A stretch of DNA of 64,000 nt from Trypanosoma brucei (taxonomy: Eukaryota). Positions 44,288 through 54,500 of this stretch are shown piece by piece. Location of the stretch: positions 480,001-544,000 of the forward strand of contig AL929603.2 of the NCBI GenBank assembly GCA_000002445.1, read 5' to 3'. The position numbers were made by a program, and so were the translations under genes. The notes beneath the pieces are model-generated. The model saw only the letters and a list, made by a program, of their open reading frames with translations. It did not search any database and was not told the DNA's origin. Within the stretch, counting starts at the first letter, position 1. Each line of letters starts with the position of its first letter.

Positions 44288-44425
44288 AACACAACATGTC
44301 ACAACAAATATCAACACGAAATATTCACTAATCACAACACTCGTTACCCACAATTCCATATTCTAAAACACATACACTACTTTAAACGGAAGCAGTGTGT
44401 GTCACAAATGTATAATCTTAGTAGC
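44288..44425. repeat. copy B of the imperfect direct repeat (partner at 40142..40295)
   Basis: See copy A. It lies about 1.75 kb upstream (in gene orientation) of the surface-protein ATG, whereas copy A lies about 0.8 kb downstream of its stop. Confidence 0.65.
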
Positions 44426-44699
44426 AAAAAATGTTTTATGCAGTATAACACTGAATAACATAACCAACACTGCTACAAGGGATGTTAAACCCATTAGGAT
44501 ATGCTACTGCTTTTTCGTCCTTAAAACATTATTACCTATCATATATCCATCATCCACACTTCCCTTGCGTTTCCTTGCGCTCTCGCTGAAACGTTTACAG
44601 AGAATCAGGCTCTGGGATAACAATTCTTTCAATCTACTTTGATGCCCAGTAAAGGAAACAAAGATCAGCTCTACATCACCGTACTGTTTGGTAATACTC

Positions 44700-45300
44700 T
44701 CCTATCCGTTTCTAACCAAACTAGTTGCTGATAAGCTAGGGCACTATGTCACTGCACATTAGGGTGACAACACCATCCCTATGGTAGGTAACGAAACCTC
44801 CAGTAGTTCCCACTATGAAGGATCCAGCCCCTCCATTTGCAACATCTTCCGTACCCATGATCCAGCTTTCCATATTGTTATTGGCTGTGAATTCAACCAG
44901 TTAGTTGTATAATTATTTGTGTAACCAATATACCGTCATTTGGCATATCTTCAGTGAAGGACATACTACAGCTCATTGGAGACTCCACCGTGTCGTTCTA
45001 ATGGCCATTTACTCCACCACTCACAGATTCATTTCCCTCTTCTGAATAGACAGCTTTCTCCTTCACAAGACAACAACCATTTGCCTTAACATCTGTTTGT
45101 TCAAACACCATTACCAGATCCTTCAACACTTGTCCAATTGACAATGATGCATTCACAACATGATTAGACACTCTTACTTCGTTTAAATAACTTGCATCTA
45201 TTACCTGTCCAGGTTCATCTGTATTCTCCACTATCTTCCTCAACCCCTGCATTATTGTTTTCCCTTCCCTCCCCTTTATACCATTCTGACGTCACCACTC
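44700..45300 (-). other. degenerate minus-strand coding remnant (possible pseudogene fragment) upstream of the surface-protein gene
   Basis: An 84-aa minus-strand ORF (44998..45252: MQGLRKIVENTDEPGQVIDASYLNEVRVSNHVVNASLSIGQVLKDLVMVFEQTDVKANGCCLVKEKAVYSEE...) is followed by further open stretches in other frames. Its composition is unlike the surrounding A/C-rich DNA, and it has no start context or recognisable domain. Confidence 0.2.
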
Positions 45301-45699
45301 CTAAAATCCATTCAACATTCCCGTCGCCTCCGATTGTTATTTTCAAAAACACTAGCACTCACAACACTTAAGGAATAGCTGAGGTTACATAACCCCATGG
45401 TGATGCAGGCCACCCCAACTCACCGCCAGAGCCTGGTGCCGTACTCAGGTAAGAAAAGAAAAGCGACCGCAGCCTACTCCACTAGGATGAAGTTCAGACG
45501 GAAAGTCCAAGGCATCAATTCACAGTGGGGCACACACCAGATCCGTTACAGAACGGGAATTATTCCCAGAAACAACCTGTGTACGTGCAAGAAAAGAAAA
45601 GAGGCACATTTCGCTTCCTCTCTCTAGGGAGTTGTGGCCTCATTATAAATGTTTTTCGTAAACTCTTTTCATAACTTTAACTGGACTGTCGGGCACACT

Positions 45700-46600
45700 C
45701 TACGGAAGAGTGGTGTAGCGTTTTTATTTTAATATAACTTTTTTTTATGTTTTATGCATGCTTGCCATGAGAACAAATCTCAAATCGCAGGTAAGCGTAT
45801 TCACACCGAAGATAGGGATGTTCTCGCACCGTTGGCAGAGCTATTGTCACGACGTGCATCAGCCAATGTGGCGAAATGACCCTGAGGAGTGGCATGTCCT
45901 GCGCGGTGGGCATGGAAGAGCACGGTGTTACGAATGATAAATAATGAACCTTATTCTCCGCCGGAGAGCGTCCAGGGGAGAAGCGCTCTTTTGTTAGAAA
46001 ACGAGTCCCTGCCACTTGTGTATGCGACGCTCGTGGTATTCGCCAGTCATTGGAAAGGGGGAAAGTATCGTTTACACAATATTGCCGTAATGGTAGTCCC
46101 CCCCCCAAAAGTTTCAAGTCTTTGAATCGATCTTTCTTCTGTATCGATGCAGATGGTTACGTTGGCATAAGCGTCACGGTATTGTTCGCATCGTTGGGGA
46201 ATCGGGCTATGCGTTGGTGAGGGCGAGAGGACAACGGGAAGCAATGAACCGGAAACAGTTTGGATGTACAGACACGGTGCGGCGCCTCGTCCCTCTCCCC
46301 CTCTGATGTGTTGAGCGGCCGTTGCTCTTTTCGTGCAGCTGAGGGATTCGAGAGGCGGCGCCCCCCGGTCCAGTTCCCGACTCCCTTGTGGCGGGAAAAT
46401 TGCTGTCGCTTCTAATGGAAGTGCCCTTGATGTTGGAGGTGTTACAGCTGCCATTTCACGACCGGCGGGTATCCGTGCCGTGAGGCTGAAGGCGCATTCG
46501 GGGGGTTGTCCGGCGGTTGTTCGCCGCGGCGGTTCCGTCAGTGGCCACACTTCGCCTTTTACTTTAATACTTTAGTGGGGTTGTTGTGCTTTAATTATTT
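45700..46600. promoter_or_regulatory. putative divergent strand-switch region / RNA pol II transcription start region containing a GC-rich island (about 46140..46560)
   Basis: The strand composition flips here. The plus strand is A/C-rich to the left (genes on minus) and strongly G/T- and T-rich to the right (46560 onwards: ggggttgttgtgctttaattatttattttattttc...ggtctggggcgttatctatttttttttcgg), where all genes are on plus. In between lies an unusually GC-rich segment (ggcggcgccccccggtccagttcccgactcccttgtggcggg...gttgtccggcggttgttcgccgcggcggttccgtcagtggcc). Confidence 0.45.
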
Positions 46601-49005
46601 ATTTTATTTTCTTAAATGGTCCAATGTTGTCGGCTTGCGGAAGGGGTGGGCGTGTATTCTTTGTCGCCGGTCCTCTTCCTCCTTTTTTTCCTGCTGGGTA
46701 CGGGGCGCATTTGTTATGTGTTTTCGGTCTGGGGCGTTATCTATTTTTTTTTCGGTTCGAGCCGCGCAAATTTACATTCAAACCAGTAAAATACATGGGG
46801 TTGGGTCGGATCAATGTGGTAGAGAATTTTACACGAACGCGTCCGCTGTATGCATAGACGGGAAGAGGTGCATGGGGACATCCGTTTCTGTTGGATAAGT
46901 GGGTGCATCTGTGTATTTGTTTCTTTTGTTCCCCAACGGCGTCACCATTGAAATGTGTTTTTTCTTTGCTTTCAGAGGTGCAGTGGAGTATTTTGCCAAT
47001 ATTTGGTCGCGGCGCGTTTCTATCCGCTGTTAAGGCCAACTTCACGCGGTGTCTGTGTATTCGGTGAAGGTAAGCGCGGACATTGCCACCTGCTGGAATG
47101 AGGACCGTTTTATAGCATTAGTAGCGGCAACACTCTCCTGACATTGTGCTTCCTCACTACTTATTGGGATTTTTTTTTTTGGTGGCATACTTTCGGTGTA
47201 ATTGTTTTGAACGGTTGGGGTGCAATATCCGAAAGTGCTACCGATTGCGGCAGGCGCGGCTTATCTTTGAACATTTGTGTATAGTTGTTTTTTTTTTTTT
47301 CACGGTAGGTGTTAGCATTAAATGTCACTTTTGAGATATTTTTGATGTTTTTTTTTTTCTTAAATCCTAGCCGCTACTCGATTTCACAGCGGTCTACGTT
47401 ACAATTGGGTATTTTCGTTTAATTGCACCGAATCCGGACGGTATTAACTATAGAAACCACAGTGATGTTCTTCTATTCTCTATTTACGGCTGTCTCGTTG
47501 CAATTCCTGTTTGCTGTGTCGGTATGGCGATTAGTTCCCCCTTTTTTTTTGAATGTATGCAACATGTATATTTATAACCGTGTTGTTTGCAAGTTTTTTG
47601 TTAGGTAGGGCTGTTGGAAGAGTTAATGTTTACGGTATCCCTCTTCCAAAGCAATTGGCGAAGTTACTGACATGCCGAAGGATTAGCTCCCACTTTATTA
47701 TTTCGGCAACTTCCAGGGGGGAAGGGAGAAAACTAACCCTAGTCATATGAATCTCTTACGACAGCGGGTTGGCCGAACGGTCAATTTTCGCCGTCGGAGT
47801 CTTGAAGTATAATTTTCGTTCGATATGGATTAGATGTTGTAACTTCCTAATAATTTTGCGGTCATTTCTCGGTGTAGCAACAGATTTACGCGCCGCACCG
47901 GGATTACGTGCGTTTCCAAGGTCTTTAACATTTAAAGCATTGTCAACAACTGCTGTCGGATTTTTTTTTAAATGTGGAATTAGAAATTATTAAATAGCGT
48001 TTTGGTTACTCACAATAAGTAATTCTATGCCAACACGAAGTGACTTGGCTGGGCGCATTGCATATTTCGAATATGGAGTAATGAATATCTTTTTTATCGT
48101 TATGTTGGGATAAATACGAAAAATATTACGCTTGTTGTTTCTGTTCTACTTTGAAGTTATTGCATCATGTACGATGCAATAACGGAAGTTCTTCCAATAA
48201 TTTGGACAATGAAGCCCCGCACGCTTAATTTGTTTATATAAAGTGTGTTGTTGCTGATTCTTTTTGGAGTTTGTCTCTCTGTTCTTTTTTGTTTTTTTTT
48301 AAATATAAGTACCTGGGGGGAATGCGGAGCGAGAAAACGGATGTTGGAACTGTCGATTTAGCTTTCCTATTATTATTTCTGGCTAGGGACTCCAATGGTG
48401 GAATTAAGTTACTTCTAAATCATTTTTTTTCCAAAGGAAAGTAGTTACTCAGTATTGTAAAAGGTTTCGTCCGTTGTAGGTTTGTATTATCATGAAACAG
48501 GTAGTTGTAACGTATATACCATTCTTTTTTACTTTTATGCCATGCAAATTAATAATAGTAATAAGTGATGACCTGTAGCTTGATTTAAGCCGTGTTACTC
48601 GCAATTGTTTTTATTACTCTTTGAACTGTTGGCATGATCGTTACATTTTTTGAATTTTTGCGAAGAATGTACCCCTCGTGAGCTATTACTCTCTTGATAT
48701 GAATATTCAGTTGATTGAGTTGACTTCTTTCTTTGACTGTTTTTTTTTTTTAATCAGGGTTAATGCTCTTTCATTTTATTGATATCAGAACATGTGTATT
48801 ATATTGGTAAACTTTGTATCGATGCAAAAACTATCTTTTTTTTTTTTACCGTCAGAGGTTTGAATTTGCGTTTTACCCCATTTGAGGAGCATGCACAAGT
48901 TTTTGTTTTTTGTCTTTAGCTTTTGCTTGTGCAACTGTAAGCACTTGTTTATTATTATTATTATCTTATACTTAATTTCCTATGGTACAGTGACGTTATG
49001 ATCAT

Positions 49006-49025
49006 TATATATATATATATATATA
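49006..49025. repeat. (TA)n microsatellite
   Basis: tatatatatatatatatata in ORF-free T-rich DNA upstream of the calpain-like array. Confidence 0.9.
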
Positions 49026-51582
49026 CTTCTTATTGAATTGTAATGTAACGACCACATTTTCAGAGAGGCCGTGAAAAGAATACTCTAACCTTGCTTTCCT
49101 TTTTATATTAAATAAAACATGAAGTAGTTATTTCATAACTTTACTGACGCCCATAATAAGTTGTCTGTTTCTATTTCTTCTAAAGGGGGGAGGCACGTGG
49201 TCAGGTCGAAGGCGCATCCCCAATGTTATTTTCTTCATCTCCATGGGCAATGTCAATTAACGGTGCTTTCAATACCATTCCTTTTAATGATTTCCTTTAA
49301 TATATCAAATATTTTAAATGAGTCCTGCACCTTCGTTGTCGGATTTATACCGAACTGGGCACTGTGGTAAAGCTGGTTGAAAAAAAGATAGCGAAAACAA
49401 CAAAAACGGTCTTTGTTTTTTGCTGTTGATTTCACTCAGGACATGAAAACAATAAATTTGAGTATCTTAACTGTTAAATTGGTACATACATTGGTGAATC
49501 AAATGCGTTGTGGTGGTGATAACTGATTTAAAATATCGCACTCAATTTTTTTGATACGTTAGTTCTATCTGAGTGATTTGGATGTATTTCCTTTGACGAT
49601 ACGCTTGCTTTTCTAAAGAAACGTTATCACTAATGTTGTTGTTCCCTTCTTTATTGTATAGCTTGTTGCCAGTAGACACTTACTTTATTGGTTCTGCTTC
49701 ATGATATCTTCAAGCTAAAAATTTGTTGTAAACCTTGTTTCGTTGCATTCAATTTTGATCGGTTTCTTTCTCTTATCGGTTATGTTTTATTATAATTGTT
49801 TTGTCATCAGTATTTGTGTGAAGCAGGCACCAGTCTTCCTTCTCTGGAGAACTTTAAAGGCGGAGGAATTTTTTACCTCTCCCATAAAGTTGAACTTTAG
49901 CCTTTTCCATTATCTTTTTAAAAAATCTGACTAAATATCTTTGTGGGATAAGAAACTAGCAGTGCCTCATAGCATTGACATCCCGGTCACTCTTCTCTGC
50001 CCAGCACATGGTATTGTTAAAGAACACATGTATATGTTGCTGTTGTTTGTTTTTATATAAGCTTTTAAGTAACATCACAGATATTTTGGTTTATGAAGTT
50101 CACTCCTTTCGTCATCAATTGCTTGGAGTATGTGTGGTCTGCAACTGATTTTTTTTTGCCGTTTATTTGTTTTGTCCTTTCTTTTTTAAAAAGTGTCCCA
50201 CCAAAGGGCATGCCAATAATCTACCCTTCGTGGTCGCACGTCTTTCTTTTTTTTTTTTTGACATCCAATCTCATTTCCTCCATTACAGTGCCGTTGTAAG
50301 ATATGTTTTTTTTTTTAATTCTTTCGGACGGGGATTAATGACCAAAAGTACCAAAAAGGAGAGACGGAGGCGAGAAAAGAAAATGTGGCCGTTTTACCTA
50401 AATGTTAGTCTCTTCCCTTGTCTTCTCTTCCACAGCCTTTGAAGTTTTCAACCATCGTAGGTACTTTTTTATTCTTTTTTTTATTCGGTTAGAAATTTTT
50501 TTTATTGCTGTCAAGATCTTTTGTTTTAGTAATGTTTGTCCTCTTTTATTCTTGTGTAATTATGTAAACGCCCTTTTGTCTTGGGCTTGAGACTTTTTAT
50601 TCCATGACTGTTTATGGGAACTCGTGTGTTATACATTTGTTAGAGGCCCCTTTTCCGTGCTTTCTCTTTTTTGGGGGGAGGGGAGTTTGCGAAAGGGATT
50701 ACCAAGTTGCACCCCCAAAATTATTAATAATAATAATATACATTTGTTCTTAATGCGTATCAATAGCAAATAAATACCAGGGATTTGTCTTTTAGAAGCT
50801 CTCACCGCATCGCGCAGGAGACAAGTTCAGAAAAGTAGTAGCATTCTCTTATAGGCTTGTTCTTAACTTTGAAATATTTTATTTACTTTCCATTTGCTCT
50901 CTCTCTCTGTGAATGGGTTTGCTGCCTCACAAATTTTCAATACTCATTATGTATATCGTTTCTTTTCCCAACGCTTTCACACATTTGACATTGGGTAGGA
51001 TAAGTCAGTGACTTATCCGTTTTGTTTTCAATTAGACGTGGTGAAGTGAATTGAAGTGTGTCCCGTTGCTATGTAGGGGTGTTTGAAACACAGTGTAGGT
51101 GGGGAAGTAGTTGGTTAACTTTTCTCATGTGTGCACTTGTGTCGTGTGATAGGTAATTGCTTTCCTTTTTATTCATTTCCTAAAAAAACACTATGTGCCC
51201 TCCATACCCTGCGGAAAGATTAGTTGTGCTCTGATAAAGGGATGTGTTTTATATGTTCATGTGATGAGATTAAGTTATTCTGGCGCTGCGACGGATGGTA
51301 TGGCACTTTGTGATTTAAATGTACTTTCAGGAAGCTGTATTGTGCTATCGGTGGGTTTTGTGTGGTAATGCGCGCACTCGTTGTTTTAGCAGGCTTCGCT
51401 GCTGCTTTAGTTGTTGTGTGTTTGTTATCAGCGATTTATTTTTCCGATCCCTTATGCAGTGAATTGCATCGGTCCCTATATATACGTCCCCCCTTTTTTC
51501 ACACTGGTACACGGAGGATAGGGTTATTTGAGAATAAGCGAATCCAAGCATATCTCTTATCCTTAAGCATCAGGGGCAAGAT

Positions 51583-54500
51583 ATGTCGGAGTTCGAACTT
51601 ATGAGTGAACTGAGTGAAAGCGCAGCAAAGGGTGCGCTCAGCGAACAGGCAGAAGATGGTCATCGTACCTACTCTCCTGGGCCTGAAGAGGAAGAAAACC
51701 CTGATGCAGCAGGGCGTGAAGGCGCGGCAAAAGATGGATTGGATGCTCATGCTGAAGAGGCCTCCCCAGCGCCATCACCTGCAGGTGAATCGGATGAAAA
51801 GGCCAGCAAATCTGAGCATGAAAGTGAGGCAAAGGAAGGGTCGGATGGCCGTGCTGAAGAGGCCTCCCCAGCGCCATCACCTGCAGGTGAATCGGATGAA
51901 AAGGCCAGCAAATCTGAGCATGAAAGTGAAGTGAAGGAAGGGTCGGATGGCCGTGCTGAAGAGGCCTCCCCAGCGCCATCACCTGCAGGTGAATCGGATG
52001 AAAAGGCCAGCAAATCTGAGCATGAAAGTGAAGTGAAGGAAGGGTCGGATGGCCGTGCTGAGGAAGCTTCCCCAGCGCCATCACCTGCAGGTGAATCGGA
52101 TGAAAAGGCCAGCAAATCTGAGCATGAAAGTGAAGTGAAGGAAGGGTCGGATGGCCGTGCTGAAGAGGCCTCCCCAGCGCCATCACCTGCAGGTGAATCG
52201 GATGAAAAGGCCAGCAAATCTGAGCATGAAAGTGAAGTGAAGGAAGGGTCGGATGACCGTGCTGAGGAAGCTTCCCCAGCGCCATCACCTGCAGGTGAAT
52301 CGGATGAAAAGGCCAGCAAATCTGAGCATGAGAGTGAGGCAAAGGAAGGGTCGGATGGCCGTGCTGAGGAAGCTTCCCCAGCGCCATCACCTGCAGGTGA
52401 ATCGGATGAAAAGGCCAGCAAATCTGAGCGGGAAAGCGGGACCGCTGACGGGTCAAGCGGTCGTCCTGAAGAAGTTTCCCATGCGTTTTCACCTAATAGG
52501 GAATTGGAGGACAAGGCCAATAAATCGGGAGGCGAGAGTGTGACCAAGGGCTCGGATGGCCGCCCCGAAGATATTTCTCATCCGTTTTCACCTAATAGGG
52601 AATTGGAAGAAAAAGCCAATAAATCGGAAGGCGAGAGTGTAACCAAAGATGGATCGGATGGTCATGCTGAAGAAACGTCTCCAGTGCAGTCACCTGAAGG
52701 AGAGGTAGGCGAAAGGTCTGCCGGGGCAGGATCTGATCATGAGAAACAGAAAGGCGAATCATGTTTCGATGACCGTGACACTGGCAATGATCAAGCTGTT
52801 GACCGCAATGCTCACGATGCAGCGCCCCATTTGGACGACAAACACACCAATGGGGCCGCTGCAGATGCTACCGATGCACCACGCCACACTCAAGAGGTCA
52901 ACGACCTGTTCAAGCCTCGAATGACACCTTACAAACAGCCTGACCGTTGGGATCCCATTGAAACCTATCTGGGAGAGGATGTCAGTGATGAGTTGGAGAT
53001 CACCACGGCACGTAAGCCCGTTTTCACCGATGAGGAGAAAGCTGACGTGCCAACCTTTAAGAATGGCGAACCAGACTATGAGGGTGAGTACCTTTCATGT
53101 TTCGATGAGCCTAATCTGCTGTACCGTATTTACAATCGTGAGGAGAAGACGTGGGCCTTCTACAACGACACATACAGCTATGAGATGCATGTACGATTCA
53201 CCTTTGCTAAACTCTCAAAACTTCAGGCACTGGGGAACACGAAGATGTACACTCAAGAGACAGGTGAGCATATTGCGGAAGTCATTGTATATCCTCGGGA
53301 GACCGAGATGTTCGTCAAGGGAAATGCTAATGGCTTTACAAGCAAGCTTCGAGCAGTCCCTCTAACGGAGGAGTACTACGCCCGGCGGCAAGAATTGGCA
53401 AACAACAAGATTCAAGAAGAAATCGCTCGCGTCAAAAGTATCGTTGGCGATGTAACAGATTCGGAGCAGGTTCTCAAGGCCTGTGTTGAAAATGGCATCC
53501 CTTTTGTTGACCTTGAGTTTCCACCATGTCAAGACTCTTTGGCGACCGGTGCAAAAAAGCCGTTCAAACGCCTTCCATGGGTTCGTCCTTCGCAATGCCT
53601 CCCCGATTACATGGCTGATCAGGTGCGCCTCTTCCGAGGACCAATTCGACCTGGCCAGGTGGACCAAGGAGAACTGGGTGACAGTTGGGTCATGTGCTCT
53701 ATAGCGGTGCTGACGGAGCGACCAGACAAGGTCGTCAACATGTTTCGTCACCCAACTGACCCAGAATTGGGTAAGAAGGAGCGTTCTGTGGGCGGTTACC
53801 GCGTATCTCTCAACAAGAATGGGCAATGGCGCAGCGTGATTGTGGATGACTATCTTCCCATGTCTGGTGGCAGGCTAAAATATGCAAAAAGCAGATACGA
53901 CCTCGCGGAAATATGGCCATGCATTCTGGAGAAAGCCTTCGCCAAGCTGCATAATAGTTATGCCAATATCTGCTCCGGTGATCCTCTCCACGCCCTCCAA
54001 GATATGACTGGTTTCCCGACCTCCAGGTTTGACGACGCCTTTGCCAACGCTCCCTTGTCTGGGAAGGACGATCTGTTCCAGGACTGGGTGAGGTATGTGA
54101 AGGCACAGTACCAGATTATCTTAAGCACACCTGGAAAGAATCCAAGAGACAAAGCTTCCGGCGAATGCCACACAGCAAGGCGGTACACAAGCGTGGGTCT
54201 CCTTACAGGTCATGCGTATGTGGTTCTCGATGCAGCATTCTTCCCCGAGTATGAGTTACGTTTGGTAAAGCTGCGTAATGCCTGGGGTCGTGGGTCGGAG
54301 TGGAACGGCGACTGGTCTGACGGCGACGAAAAGTGGGAACGGTATCCAGATGTGGCGGTGAAGTGCGGTTACAGCAATGGTGAGAGCGATGGCACGTTCT
54401 GGATGGCGTGGGATGCATGCTTGCGCTACTTTAACGGCGGGGGCGTGTGCTTCACGAGGAACTCAATCAACGATTACCGTGTACCCTCCACGTTTGTAAA

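Noticed and set aside
46047-46550. 167-aa minus-strand ORF (and 45752..46117 -, 46333..46575 +) in the GC-rich island
   Set aside because: They are Pro/Ala/Gly/Arg-rich with no motifs, overlap one another in different frames, and coincide exactly with the GC-rich patch. That is the expected behaviour of random ORFs in GC-rich DNA. A structured RNA or promoter role is considered instead.
38432-51582. Search for tRNA genes, 5S/snRNA/SL-RNA genes or retroelements (ingi/RIME/SLACS-like) in the two strand-switch regions
   Set aside because: By eye I found no GGTTCGAATCC-type B box paired with an acceptor stem. I found no match to 5S, U6 or SL RNA sequences I remember. I found no long ORF with reverse-transcriptase motifs and no target-site-duplication-flanked poly(A) element. 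This absence is provisional and needs tRNAscan or Infernal.
51614-52547. ORFs 51614..51934 (+), 51638..52492 (-), 51747..52547 (-) and 52253..52543 (+), which overlap the start of the first calpain-like gene
   Set aside because: They are alternative-frame and antisense readings of the 102-bp tandem repeat, which lacks stops in all frames. Their proteins are themselves periodic (HPIHLQVMALG... and SDLLAFSSDSPAGDGAG... repeating every 34 aa). Only the frame continuous with the downstream calpain domain is credible.
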